From Chrysomallon squamiferum (taxonomy: Eukaryota; Animalia; Mollusca): a DNA stretch of 64,000 nucleotides. The notes below the pieces were generated by a model, which was given only the letters and a program-made list of their open reading frames with translations, was not told the DNA's origin and ran no database searches. Shown piece by piece: positions 1-29,193 of this stretch. The first letter of the stretch is position 1. Each line of letters starts with the position of its first letter. The stretch is from positions 4,340,001 through 4,404,000 of the forward strand of contig CM022674.1 of the NCBI GenBank assembly GCA_012295275.1, given 5' to 3'. The translations under genes and the position numbers were made by a program.

Positions 1-572
1 GTGTGTATGTGTATAGACACCTATATAGTATGCAAACTGCAATTTTGCTGAAAAAAGTAATGCTAACATACAAATCCATTGCAAAACTCAGTATGCTTGT
101 GTTTTTTGTATTGTGCATTTATGAGTATATCAGTGAATATATATTAAAGCATGATAAAAATGTGTATTCTTTATTGTATATAATATTTATTTCGATTCAG
201 CGATACAGTTCAATCCCTAGACAATTCTGTGTATTTTTATTGTGCTTATAATAAATACAGTTTACTGGATACAAGAAAATGTTTCTTTGTTAGAACCAGT
301 CTTTATTAAAAACTAAAACAATTTTGTAGTCGAAACAACATTTATTTAAGACGTTTTATATTTGAGAGAATTCCATATCAAATTATCCATATATAATAAA
401 ATACAAATATCAATATATATATATACGTATATGTACATGTGAGTGTTTGCGTATGTGTCTTTTCTGTGTGTACCTGTGTATAAGTATATAGTAGTCATTA
501 TGCATTTTTACTGAAAAAATAATACTAATATACAAATTCTCAGTATAGCTCAGTGAGCTTGTATCTATATAT

Positions 573-677
<105 letters not shown>

Positions 678-848
678 GAGAGAGAGAGACATCACGTAAC
701 TAGGAATTTTTTGTCTGAACTTTTTGAAAGAAATGTCTCTTCACCGAATTGTCTTTTTTCTTTTTGTAGGTTTTAGAGCTAGAGTTAAATCTGAATAAAG
801 AGGTAAAAAAAAAAAAAAAAAGAAAGAAAAAATCGTATATAAAAGTTT

Positions 849-2056
849 TTAGCCAAAAAAAAGTGATGTATTTTGTGCGAAGTCTTGCGGGAGTCCATTT
901 TTATGTAACCAGTGCTTGAACATTTGCTGATCACCACGATGATGCTGATGACTGTGCCGATGATGTTGTTGGTTATGTCCACGGCAGTCTTTCATTTTGT
1001 TCGCAGAACAGAAAACATGCATGAGTTTAAACATCGAATGTTGTTTGTGAAACATTGATACAGACTGTTTTTCTGAAAGATCATTATCGCTGCTAGCATG
1101 TTCTACAACAACATCGTCTGCTGCGGGAACGAGGCTGTCTGTTGTCATGACAACCGAAGAAGACGACTCTGGGATGGCGTCTTTTCGAGAAGGTTGCAGA
1201 AGTTCATTGGTAAGTAGCGTTTTACGTTGGAAAGAGTTATTTTCTTTATCTACAGAAGAAAAAAAAAAGAAGTTAATGAAAAACTGATTATTCCATAACG
1301 TTAGGTAATGTTAACGCGTATGTATATGGTTTTAATTTTAAAGTATCGAGTGAATGAATGTATCTATGAATGTTTGATTTATTTCAGAAAAGGAAACATA
1401 GAGAAAGAATACTGTAATAATTTCTTTTAAGAAATTAGCTGATAAGTATAATAATGAACAATTTTATGAATCGTTGCATATTGAACTAAGTAATAAAAAA
1501 AATAAAAAAGATGAATTAGTTAAAGGACAAAATATGAAAAGACTGAGATATTAAATAAATTCATGGATTAACTGAATAGACATTTTGACTTATTTGTTGA
1601 TTTTCGTTTTAGTATTTCTATTGTTCAGTTATTTTCTATTTACTTTTTAATTTCATTTATCCGTTATCCAACATAAATTTGCTGTAAGAAAATACAAGTC
1701 GAAACAAAACAAAAAAGGAAAGAAAATAAGAGTTAAAATGTTAATAACAAGAACAACAACAACAAATACTAATACCCGCAAAAATGTGGCGTGTGTTAAA
1801 CTGAGAACATTTGATTTCATATCAGTGGTGAGACCGATTTATTTAATGTGTACAGTAAAGAAATATAAAATAAATAATGGAAGAATCAAACGAACAATCA
1901 AACTATAGAACGAAAGAATAACGAAGTGAACAACAGACAACATTCTTACGATAACAAAATATTGTAATATTGAATTTACTTACGAGGCACTCCAAATACT
2001 TCGAACCAAAACGAAAAGAAGAAGATGAGAGAGAAAACAAACGCAGCTTTGTCCAT
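849..2056 (-). CDS. Secreted His-rich prepropeptide, tandem copy A (157 aa, 2 exons)
   Basis: Exon 1 2056..1984 encodes MDKAAFVFSLIFFFSFWFEVFGVP (signal-peptide-like) and ends at a phase-1 C|GTAAGT donor. Exon 2 1249..849 follows a TTCTGTAG acceptor. The 474 nt are in frame. The protein has a C-x7-C pair, an HHRHSHQHHR tract and ends SLFFG-stop. Confidence 0.85.
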
Positions 2057-2365
2057 GCTAAGAATATTGCAAATGATAATTATCTGTTCTACACGCAAGG
2101 TTTTGTTTCTGTAATATTTTTTTTTTTTTTTTTAATTTTATTTTACTGACGTATTCACGTTGTGTTAATGTATTAATTCAAGTTATAATGAATTAAAGTT
2201 CATATAGGTTTGTGGGATAACAATAAATGAGAAATGGAGGAACACATGCAGAGGTACAAACACAAACAGAGAGAGCACATGATAAGCACTTTTTGTTGCT
2301 TGAATCATGTCAAAAAGAAGAGTTATATTTGAAAAGAAAAAAGAGGTAACCCCACACCACCCATG

Positions 2366-2800
2366 TTAAATTTGAATAAACAGGTAATAAAAAAAAGATA
2401 AAAAAACAAATAAAGAAAAATAATCGTATATGACAGTTTTCTTTAGCCAAAAAAGTGATGTATTTTGTGTGAAGTCTTGCGGTAGTCCATTTTTATGTAA
2501 CCAGTCCTTGAAAACTTGCTGATCACCATGTTGATTATGACCACGGCAGTCTTTCATTCTGTTTGCAGAACAGAAACTGTGCATGAGTTTAACCGTCAAA
2601 TGCTGTTTGTGAAAGACCGATCCAGATTTGTCTTTTTGTGGAATGTCATTATCACTGCCACGTTCTATAACCGAGCCATTTGCTGCGAGAAAGAGAATGT
2701 CGGTTGCCATGACAACCTACCAAGGTTCTCTGGGATGGCGTCTTCTCAAGGCTGTGGTAGAAGGTCACTGGTAAATAGATTCTTACCGTGCCACTAGTTT
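2366..2800 (-). pseudogene. Degenerate exon-2 copy B of the His-rich propeptide family
   Basis: Homologous to exon 2 (FHKQH..KLMHSFCSANRMKDCRGHNQ..FKDWLHKNGLPQDF). It has a TGA where paralogues have CGA, a 1-nt deletion upstream of 2710, a shifted C-terminus (SLFWLKK), a deleted His tract and no exon 1 of its own. Confidence 0.7.
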
Positions 2801-2830
2801 CATTATATAGTTTATTTCGCAGACAATACG

Positions 2831-2935
<105 letters not shown>

Positions 2936-3539
2936 GTTTGTATGTCCGCGTGCCTGTGTGTATGTGTATATACACCTATATAGTAGGCAATTGGAATTTT
3001 ACTGAAAAAAGTAGTGCTAACATACAAATTCATTGCAAAACTCAGTATACTTGTGTTTATTGTATTGTGTGGATGTGTATATCAGTGAGCATACATTAAC
3101 ACATGACAAAAATGTGTATTCTTTATTGTATATAATATTTATTTCGATTCAGCGATACAGTTCAATCCGTAGACAATTCTGAGTATTTTTATTGTGCTTA
3201 TAATAAATACAATTTACTGGATACAAGAAAATGTTTCTTGCTAGAACCAGTCTTTATTAAAAACTAAAACAATTTTGTAGTCGAAACAACATTTATTTAA
3301 GACACTTTATATTTGAGAGAAGTCGATATCAAATTATCCATATAAAATACAATACAAAAATCAATATATATATATATATATATATATATACATGTGAGTG
3401 TTTGTGTATGTGTCTTTTCTGTGTGAGACTGTGTATAAGTATGTAGTAGTCAATATGTATTTTTTGCAGAAAAAATAATGCTGATACAAATTCACAGAAT
3501 AGCTCAGTGTGTTTTTATCTATCTATCTATCTATATATA

Positions 3540-3637
<98 letters not shown>

Positions 3638-3761
3638 ACGTAACTAGCACTTTTTTGTCTGAAGTGTAGGTTTTAGACCTAGAGTTAAATTTGAATAAAG
3701 AGGTAAAAAAAAAAAACTTAAAAATAAAAAAATAAAAAAAATAAATCGTATCTAAAAGCTT

Positions 3762-4958
3762 TTAGCCAAAAAAAAGTGATGTATTTTGTGCGAAGTCTTG
3801 CGGGAGTCCAATTTTATGTAACCAGTCCTTGAACACTTGCTGATCACCACGTTGATGATGATGACTGTGCCGATGATGTTGTTGATTATGTCCACGGCAG
3901 TCTTTCATTTTGTTCGCAGAACAGAAAACATGCATGAGTTTAAACATCGAATGTTGTTTGTGAAACATTGATACAGACTGTTTTTCTGAAAGATCATTAT
4001 CGCTGCTAGCATGTTCTACAACAACACCGTCTGCTGCGGGAACGAGGCTGTCTGTTGTCATGAGAACTGAAGAAGACGACTCTGGGATGGCGTCTTTTCG
4101 AGAAGGTTGCAGAAGTTCATTGGTAAGTAGCTTTTTACGTTGGAAAGAGTTATTTTCTTTATCTACATAAGAAAACAAAAAAAAGAAGTTAATGAAAAAC
4201 TGATTATTCCATAACGTTAGGTAATGTTAATGCGTATGTATATGGTTTTAATTTTAAAGTATCGAGTGAACAAATGTATCTATGAATGTTTGATTTATTT
4301 CAGAAAAGGAAACATAGAGAAAGATTACTGTAATAATTTCTTTTAAGAAATTAGCTGATAAGTATAATAATGAACAATTTTATGAATCGTTGCACATTGA
4401 ACAAAGTAATAATAAAAAGTTATGAATTAGTTAAAGGACAAAATATGAAAAGACTGAGATATTAAATAAATTCATGGATTAACTGAATAAATATTTTGAC
4501 TTATTTGTTGATTTTCGTTTTGGTATTTCTATTTTTTTGTTATTTTCTATTTACTTTTTAATTTCATTTATCCGTTATCCGCAAATAAATTTGCTGTAAG
4601 AAAATGGAAGTGAAAAGAAAATAGAAAATAAGAGTTAAGATTTAAACAGGAGCAACGACATATTAATAATGCATAAAAAAGTGTGGCGTGTGTTAAACTG
4701 AGAACATTTGATTTCACATCAGTGGTGAGACCCATTTATTTAATGTGTACAGTAAAGAAATATAAAATAAATAATGGAAGAATCAAACGAACAATCAAAC
4801 CAAACTAAAGAACGAAAGAATAACGAAGTGAACAACAGACAACATTCTTACGATAACAAAATATTGTAATACTGAATTTACTTACGAGGCACTCCAAATA
4901 CTTCGAACCAAAACGAAAAGAAGAAGATGAGAGAGACGACAAACGCAGCTCTGTCCAT
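3762..4958 (-). CDS. Secreted His-rich prepropeptide, tandem copy C (157 aa)
   Basis: Exon 1 4958..4886 (MDRAAFVVSLIFFFSFWFEVFGVP) and exon 2 4162..3762. Exon sizes (73+401 nt) and splice sites match copy A. Confidence 0.85.
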
Positions 4959-5289
4959 GCTAAGAATATTGCAAATGATAATTATCTGTTCTACACGCAA
5001 GGTTTTGTTTCTGTAATAATTTTTATTTTTATTTTTATTTTTAAAATTTCACGTTGTGTTAATGTATTAATTCAAGTTATAATGAATTAAAGTTCATATA
5101 GGTTTGTGGGATAACAATAAATGAGAAACGGAGGAACACAGACGTACAAACACACACACAGAGAGCACATGATAAGCACTTTTTGTTGCTTGAATCATGT
5201 GAAAAAAAGAAGTTATATTTGAAAAAAAAAAAGAGGTACCCTCACGCCACGAAAACCAATTCCCCATGATAAATTTAAATAAACAGGTA

Positions 5290-5320
<31 letters not shown>

Positions 5321-5338
5321 CGTACATGATAGTTTTAT

Positions 5339-6500
5339 TTAGCCAAAAAAGAGTGATGTATTTTGTGCGAAGTCTTGCGGGAGTCCATTTTTATGTAACC
5401 AGTCCTTGAACACCTGCTGATCACCACGATGATGCTGATGACTGTGCCGATGATGTTGTTGATTATGTCCACGGCAGTCTTTCATTTTGTTCGCAGAACA
5501 GAAAACATGCATGAGTTTGAACATCGAATGTTGTTTGTGAAACATTGATACAGACTGTTTTTCGGAAAGGTCATTACCGCTGCTAGCATCTTCTACAAAT
5601 ATGTCGTCTTCTGCGAGAACGAGGCTGTCGGTTGTCATCACAACCGAAGAAGACGACTCTGGGATGGCAGTTTTTCGGGACGGTTGCAGAAGTTCATTGT
5701 TAATTAGCTTCTTACCTTGGAAAGCGTTATTTTTTTTATCTACAGAAAAAAAAAGAAGAGTAAGAAGTTAGTGAAAAATTGAAAATTCCATGACGTTATG
5801 TAATATAAGTGTATGTATGTGGTTTTAATTTTAAAGTAGTGAGTGAACGTATGATTTATTTAAGCAAATGAAACATGGAGATTGAATACTGTAATACTTT
5901 GTTCTAAGACATTAACTGAAGTATAATAATAAACAATATAATGAATGACCTTATGAATCGTTGTATATTGAAGAAAAAAAAAAGCAATTAATTAATTAAA
6001 AGATATAACAATAAACAAATTTAAAAAAAAAAAATAAAAAAAAAATAAAAAAATGATTAAGAGACTAAAGAAATTTACGAATTGATTGAATAAATGTTTT
6101 GACTTATTTTTTGCTTTTTGTTTTAGTATTTCCATTGTTCTGTTATTTTCTATTTACTTTTTAATTTTATTTTTCCGTTATCCAACATCAATTTGCTGTA
6201 AGAAAATGTAAGTGAAAACAAAACAGAAAATAAAAGTTAAGATTTAAACCTGAGCAACGACATATTAATGCATAAAAAGTGTGGCGTGTGTTAAACTGAG
6301 AACATTTGATAAAATAAATAATGGATCAATCAAACGAACAATCAAACTATAGAACGAAGGAATAACGAAACGAACAACAGACAAAATTCTTACGATAACA
6401 AAATATTGTAATATTGAATTTACTTACGAGGCACTCCAAATACATCGAACCAAAACGAAAAGAAGAAGATGAGAGAGAAAACAAACGCAGCTTTGTCCAT
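5339..6500 (-). CDS. Secreted His-rich prepropeptide, tandem copy D (157 aa)
   Basis: Exon 1 6500..6428 (MDKAAFVFSLIFFFSFWFDVFGVP) and exon 2 5739..5339. In frame, with a more diverged pro-region. Confidence 0.85.
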
Positions 6501-6552
6501 GCTAAGAATATTGCAAATGATAATTATCTGTTCGACACGCAAGGCTTGTTTG

Positions 6553-6584
<32 letters not shown>

Positions 6585-6753
6585 TTATTTTACTGACGTA
6601 TTCATGATTTCTTAATATATTAATATAGGTTATAATGTAATTAAAATTCAAGTATGTTTCTGGGGCAACAGTAAAGAAAACAAACACAAGATTAACTGTT
6701 GCAGATCCCAGACACTCACGATTACACACATATACACAGACTGAAAGAGAGAA

Positions 6754-6875
<122 letters not shown>

Positions 6876-7474
6876 ATAATTTATTGAAAATAACATTTAA
6901 TATATGAAGTTTACGGATGTCCAAATAACGATTTGGAATCTAGTTATGTATGTGTGTGTGTGTGTGTGTGTGTGTTTCGTTATTCTTTTCTAAAACTGAA
7001 TCTGATCACTAGAAATTGAAAAGAGGTTTTATGCAAACTGATAAGAGAAAACGTAATAGATGTAGGTAAAGACTTGTACACATTTGTAAAAAATATTTTC
7101 TCATCACAGTTCCAAATGGCGAATTCTGCTTCACCTCAATCGAGAAAGATTAAAATAAAGGAAAAAAAAAAAATTTCTACAAATTGTACTGTTTCTGATT
7201 TGATCACGTTTTCAGGAAACGAAATTCCGGCCAATTTGTTTTACGTCGAAGTAGTTTTGATCATTTACCATTTTGTCTTCTTCCCTATGTCTATAATCTA
7301 ACGAAATTTGATATCGTAAACATGTAGCAAAACCTATAATCAAAAGCAATTTCTAACAGTATATTTTTCTTTAACGTAAATAATAAAATAAGAAAAAAAT
7401 TAAAATGGTTTTAGAAAATGTTTGTACCATAAGAAGAAAACGAATAAGACGAAGATTAAGATGATGATGATGAT

Positions 7475-7483
7475 ACATACATG

Positions 7484-7529
<46 letters not shown>

Positions 7530-7603
7530 TTGGTACATACATACATACATACGCACATTGATACATACATGCATACATACATATACGTACGTACATACAT
7601 ATA

Positions 7604-7637
<34 letters not shown>

Positions 7638-8001
7638 CATACATACATGCATGCATATTTAAATACAAACATATATTCCATTCATTCGTACGTGCACACA
7701 TACATACATACATACATACATACGTACGTACGCACATACATACATACATACATACGCACATACATACATACATACGTACGTACGTACATACATACATACG
7801 TTCACACATACACACATACATACATACGTACGTACGTACATACATACATATATACTACGTACGTATGCACATACATACATACATACATACGTACGTACGC
7901 ACATACATACATACATACAAACATACATACATACATACATACACACACACACATATACATACATACATACATACATACATACGTACGTACGTACATACGT
8001 A
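7475..8001. repeat. (TACA)n/(CA)n compound microsatellite
   Basis: Directly visible. Confidence 0.95.
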
Positions 8002-8002
8002 C

Positions 8003-8172
8003 AGGTTATCTTGACGCGCGAATGGTGTTACCGCATCATAGCGAATGGGTGCCTGGTGTTCGAATCTCGACAGCGGCACATGACGGGGGATTGCCACGTC
8101 CTGACTGGACTTTGTCCTCCTACGCCAGTGCGTTCCCGAATATTTTCTACGTAGGGAGAGTCTAAACAAGAC
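8003..8172 (+). mobile_element. Probable tRNA-derived SINE copy
   Basis: GC-rich island with a Pol III B-box-like GTTCGAATC. Its 3' part 'cagtgcgttcccgaatattttcta..agagtcta' recurs at ~22397-22432. Confidence 0.5.
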
Positions 8173-8829
8173 AGAAAATATTCACAATCCTAAAAGACAT
8201 CACAGAACGCACATTATAATAATCATAATCATAAAAAAAAAAACCCCCAAAAAAATCCCCAACAGCATCGCTTTGACTGAATAACTGTAACCTGAATCAC
8301 ATTACCGGCGAGGTTATTACGCAGATTACAAAACATTTTAAAACGGGATTTATTCACTGCTCTTAGTCACATGCTTCTCGAAGCGTGACCTGGATAAATG
8401 TACGTACTCCGCATAAAACAGACAGACCGTGACGACATTTATGCTGACTGCAGTTTCGTTGTTTGATCTAGTTTTCAAACGTTCCCCGCAAGGCAAAGGA
8501 TATTTTATAAGAGTATAGGTGATGCCAAAAGTAACGCTCGCGTTTTAATGTAAAATTTTTAACATTGTTCAAATGTGTCTGGCACACAGCAAAATATTTC
8601 AGCGAAAATACCGTCGTAGGTAATTAATTCTGTCGTGATTTCTTACTTTTTCCGGATCCGAAAACACATAAATAACTTTTTTCTTTTTTCTTCTTTGAAT
8701 CCACAGTACTCAAGACAATATATATGTATTCTGTGACGTATAGTAGTACTACGTGATGTTGTCGATCTTGTGCAATACAGTGACATGATCTGCAGTACAG
8801 TATTAAAGTATACACAATGATGCATTTAG

Positions 8830-8830
8830 C

Positions 8831-8928
<98 letters not shown>

Positions 8929-8938
8929 GTATCAGTCA

Positions 8939-8982
<44 letters not shown>

Positions 8983-9097
8983 GTCTATTTATCTGTCTGT
9001 CTGTCTGCCTCTCCGTCTGTATATCTATATCTGTCTTTTTATCTTTCTGTCTTTTTATCTTTCTGTCTATCTATCAATCTATCTCTCTGTCCATCTC

Positions 9098-9177
<80 letters not shown>

Positions 9178-9190
9178 CTGTCTGTCTGTC
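8830..9190. repeat. (TCTA)n/(TCTG)n microsatellite
   Basis: Directly visible. Confidence 0.95.
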
Positions 9191-9507
9191 CATATTATTT
9201 TTATAATTATTATTATGTGTACTTACGTATGTATGTATGTATATATATGTATGTACGCATGCATACATGCGTGCATGAATATTATGTGTGTGTGTGTGGC
9301 TTTATGTATGTATATCGGTAAGAATCTAAGTGTGTTTAAGTGCGTGTATGATATTACGTTTGTGTCTAGCGCGATAACAATAGATTAAAACTGAAACCTT
9401 TCGTCATCTCATCTATTTAATTGTGCTATTTTAATGGCGAGTAGCATACTTCTTCATTTTTCGTTTCTTTTTTTTTTTTTTTTTTCTTTTTTTTTTCTTT
9501 CTTAAAA

Positions 9508-15484
<5,977 letters not shown>

Positions 15485-16010
15485 GTAGTGACACTACTTC
15501 CTGCAACAAAGCCCTATTTTCTAAAAGAAATGAGATGACGTCAGAATGGCTAATGAATCAGCTGATGACGTCATTTACATCGAGGGATTGGTATAAATCA
15601 ACGACTGAAGTATGGACTAAAGACGTATTAGTATGTATGCTGTTACAACCATTAATAACTCAAAATAAAAAAAAAAAAAAAAAATTGTAATGATAATTAG
15701 GTCACTTTGAAATTTGTAGAATCAATCAATAGTAATTAATTTTTTTACGGAAGTTTGAGTTTATAATCTGATGGAAGTTGTTTCAGAATGGATACTTTAT
15801 GTCATTCAGGTTTTTTTTTTTTTTAAAAACCAGAAAATAATATCTCGGACGAACAGTGTGGTAATGTTATACTTTTCGGTCTGACATGTACGTACGTACG
15901 TGTGTTTGTTTGTGTGTATGTGTGTGTGTGTGTGTGTGTGTGTCTGAGTTATTTTCTAAACTGGAAATAATCTACATAATAAATATCATTACAACTGGTG
16001 AATGAATTGA

Positions 16011-16218
<208 letters not shown>

Positions 16219-16747
16219 ATTAATTTCTTGATATGGGCCACTCATCATTAACCAAACAATATATGATAATAAAAGGAGGTAAACGGTGCCATTTAACACT
16301 CAAACCAGGATACGTCAGTCACATAGAAAACTCACAACAGTCCACTTTCTGTTAAACAAAGACAAATAAAACAAATAACCAAAAAAAAAAAACCAAAAAA
16401 TAAATAAAAGCTGAAACAATATACATGAACAGGGTGACCGTAAATTGTTCAGCCCCGTATCATACGTACATACAATGCAGGTTTTATATGATGTGAGGTC
16501 GTAAGCTATATAAAGCTAATAATGTCTTTTAATTATTTAATAGCAAAGCGATCAATACAAATTAGTTTCAGATAACTGCGCTTAGTCGTTACATAGTAAC
16601 ACAATAAATGGGTATAAAACGCAATGTGGAATCTTCCTGAATCCCTAAGCCGTAGCTTGTATCTAAATCCAGCATAGCATGCATACATACATACATACAC
16701 ACATACATACATACATACATACATACATACATACATACATACATACA

Positions 16748-16781
<34 letters not shown>

Positions 16782-17331
16782 CATACATACATACATACAT
16801 ATATATATATACACACACACACATATAAAAAATACACACATACATATAAAAATACATATATACATATATACGTATATATATACACACACACAAACACACA
16901 GACACATTCACACACAAATATGCATGCACAGATATGAGCTTGTATTACATCCCCCATATTCATATCTATATATATACAGATATGTATGTGTGTGGGTGTG
17001 GGTGTGTGTATGTGTGTACACGTTCATTGTTCGTGCACACTTACGTCAAGCGTAATCGATACGTCTGTTTTAACTGCTAACGGTGTGAATGCATTCCTGT
17101 TATTAGTATCTGCTCTGCCGCTGTTGATATATCAAAATCTGTTTCCTTCCTCCAGAGACGGATTCATATGTGTAAAATGTAGAGGTAGGTAATAGGTATG
17201 AAGACGAATGTTTGTGTGTGTGTGATCGCGCGCGTGTGTATGTATATATACATTTATGTATGTATGTATATATATACACACACACACATAAAAAAAATTC
17301 ATCTTATTACATATAAATTATATATTTTTAT

Positions 17332-17388
<57 letters not shown>

Positions 17389-17641
17389 GTATATAATTCA
17401 GTCTCATCACATATTAACTATACATTTACCATACACAAATCACACACAGGCATTTATATATATATACTTACATTCATAAATACATACATATATTTTATTT
17501 TATTATTATTATTTTTCTAATCTTCGAAATATCCACCTCTTCTCTAGTTAAAATTGCAACGCCCCATTTACGCCCTATGTTACATGAATTAACAATAATG
17601 TTGTCTCATATATATATTTCTGGGTGTGTTTGCGTGTTTGG

Positions 17642-17685
<44 letters not shown>

Positions 17686-17779
17686 ATGTGATTTGTGTAT
17701 GGTCAGTTTATAGTTAATATGTGATGAGATTGAATTATATATCTTATTACATATAAAATCTATCTATCTATCTATAAAA

Positions 17780-17813
<34 letters not shown>

Positions 17814-18319
17814 AATATAATGATGGTAGAATATTACGTTTACTTTGCCAATTACACACTTCAAATCTAACTGATATAATTTGTAAGTGCACGGCAATAA
17901 CCCAGTAAACCAGAGCAAAAATGTGTCATTACAGAAGACGACAGTCGCTGACCGCTTGGTTCGCGAAGGTTTTAACTGTGCGTACAATGACCGATCTTGT
18001 CTCAACACCTCCGCGGCTAAATATCGCAGCCTAGGGTGACAGAATTTAAAACTGTCGAATCTAAATATGATTTTTATGATGCATTCAGGTGTTTGAAACC
18101 TGATGGTGACTGTTACACTTTCTGTAGCAAATAAGACGCACAAGATTATATATTCACGGATTGAAAAGCTTTTTGTTTCGGGAAGATTTCTTAATTGCCT
18201 GAAATGAACGAACGTGCTAAATTGTAATTAAACTGACCACAGATTAATTTAAGCTGATTTAAGGGCTGGGCGTGTGGGTTTTAAACGATAGTATTATTAA
18301 CCATAAGCGATGTGCAACA

Positions 18320-19127
18320 TTAACTGAAAGCTTCAAGAAATCGTGGCAGTAAAAAGAAAAAAAAAAAGAAAATACTAATTTGTTAATCTTGTGGGTTTTG
18401 GGTAAAATGAAAATTAAATGTTTAACTACTGACTACTGCAAAGACAAAACGCTGGACAGAAACAACTCATATTAATAATGTAAAAAAAAAAAACAAACAA
18501 ACATTTATCTTAAATTTAAACAAAAACAACATTTTTACTATTAAACAGTTTGATCAAAAACAATTAAACTTTGGACAGTTGGAAATGTTCAAAAGATGCG
18601 TCTTATTTTGTTAATTTAATTAAGAAACTTCAACATTTTTGGAAAATTTTAAAATCAGTTTTGGCTCAAAAGTCAAAATAAAATGACAATTAAATCAACA
18701 GGAGAGAAATTGGACGATGACTTTAATGAAGTTAAATCCTTTGCAGAAAAATTCCAGGCTGTGATGGTTTGAGAGCGTAGTTTTATTTATTTTTTATCGT
18801 TTCTTCAAATTAATTTGTAAGGACTTTAGTCGATGTGATTAATCAAGCTTTTCAGAAAGAGCAGTTAAGTTTGACAATGCGAAGAGGGGTAACGCTTTTG
18901 AAAAAAAAAAAAAAAAAAAAAAATGGCGCCCTATCTCTCTATTAAACTGCAGTTACAAAATCATTACAAAAATACTGACAGCCAGACTAAGAGATATCTA
19001 ACACAAAAATTGTTCATCCAAGTCAGAAATGTGGGATTAAGAGCAGATCAAGCCGCATTGATAAGGGATTTAACTGAATACGTCAACCGCAATAATCTTC
19101 CAGGAGTGTTTTACACACACACACACG

Positions 19128-19184
<57 letters not shown>

Positions 19185-19890
19185 ACTAAAGGTTAAGACA
19201 GGGTGGAATTAAACTTTTTGTTTAATAAATTGAGTAATTTTAGTTCTGGACCTAACTTCATCAAAAAGGTTAAAATCTGCTACACAGATATTCAGTCATG
19301 TTGATATAAAGTCAATGGCTTCGTTTCTTGTTTATTTTAATCTTTCGAGCGGAATTTGACAGGGACGCCCATTTTACGACTATCTTGTACATTCTGATTG
19401 GTGAAACTTTGGCTCAGCCTGTTAGGGAAGAATCGGAATTTCGCGACTTTAAGTTGCTGAATGAGTTTGCGTATTCGTACGACTCTAACGCGGAGTTATG
19501 AGACGTAGATAAGCTAAAGAAATAATTTTCAGTTTTAAGAATTTACAAACCTGCTTCTGGTGCTAAAGTCAATCTTGACAAAACTCTTGTGCTTTTCAAC
19601 GCGTAAGCTTAGGTACGAGAAAGGTACTCCATATGATTATAAGACTGGATAAAGAAAAATTCAAAAATTAGGATTTTGTTTTGGCAGTGTTGGTGTTTTG
19701 GCTGATAACTGTATACCAAAGACTGAAAAGATTAGATTTTTTGTTGTATTATTAAATATCTGGAATAAGAGGTGATTAACATTAAATGGTAAAATTACTG
19801 CTGTGAATTGTTTAGAGAGTAGAAGAATAATTACCTGTAACTTTTAAATGATTTTGATTTTATTTGGTATTATGGTAAATATCTTACATC
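18320..19890 (+). mobile_element. Degenerate L1/Tx1-clade LINE ORF2 (reverse transcriptase) remnant
   Basis: Collinear RT motifs across frameshifts: PGCDGL..FY (~18755), WRPISLLNCSYKIITKILT (~18924), GPNFIKKVKICYTDIQS and KVNGFVS (~19248-19330), QG.P...LYILIGETLA (~19360-19415), ASGAKVNLDKT (~19553), IWNKR.LTLNGKITAVN (~19757). The left boundary is approximate. Confidence 0.8.
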
Positions 19891-19911
19891 AAAAGAGAAC
19901 GTTTAAGTACC

Positions 19912-19963
<52 letters not shown>

Positions 19964-20014
19964 TTCATTTGGGTTTAGGATCATGATAGTGTGCAACAAA
20001 AGTTAAAACGCATC

Positions 20015-20047
<33 letters not shown>

Positions 20048-20104
20048 AAAATAAAAAATAAATAATAATAATAATAATTTTACAGGGAAAGTGAACAGAG
20101 AAAA

Positions 20105-29193
<9,089 letters not shown>

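Noticed and set aside
7371-9388. Long ORFs rich in YVCM/HTYI/LSIY
   Set aside because: They are translations of (TACA)n and (TCTA)n microsatellites.
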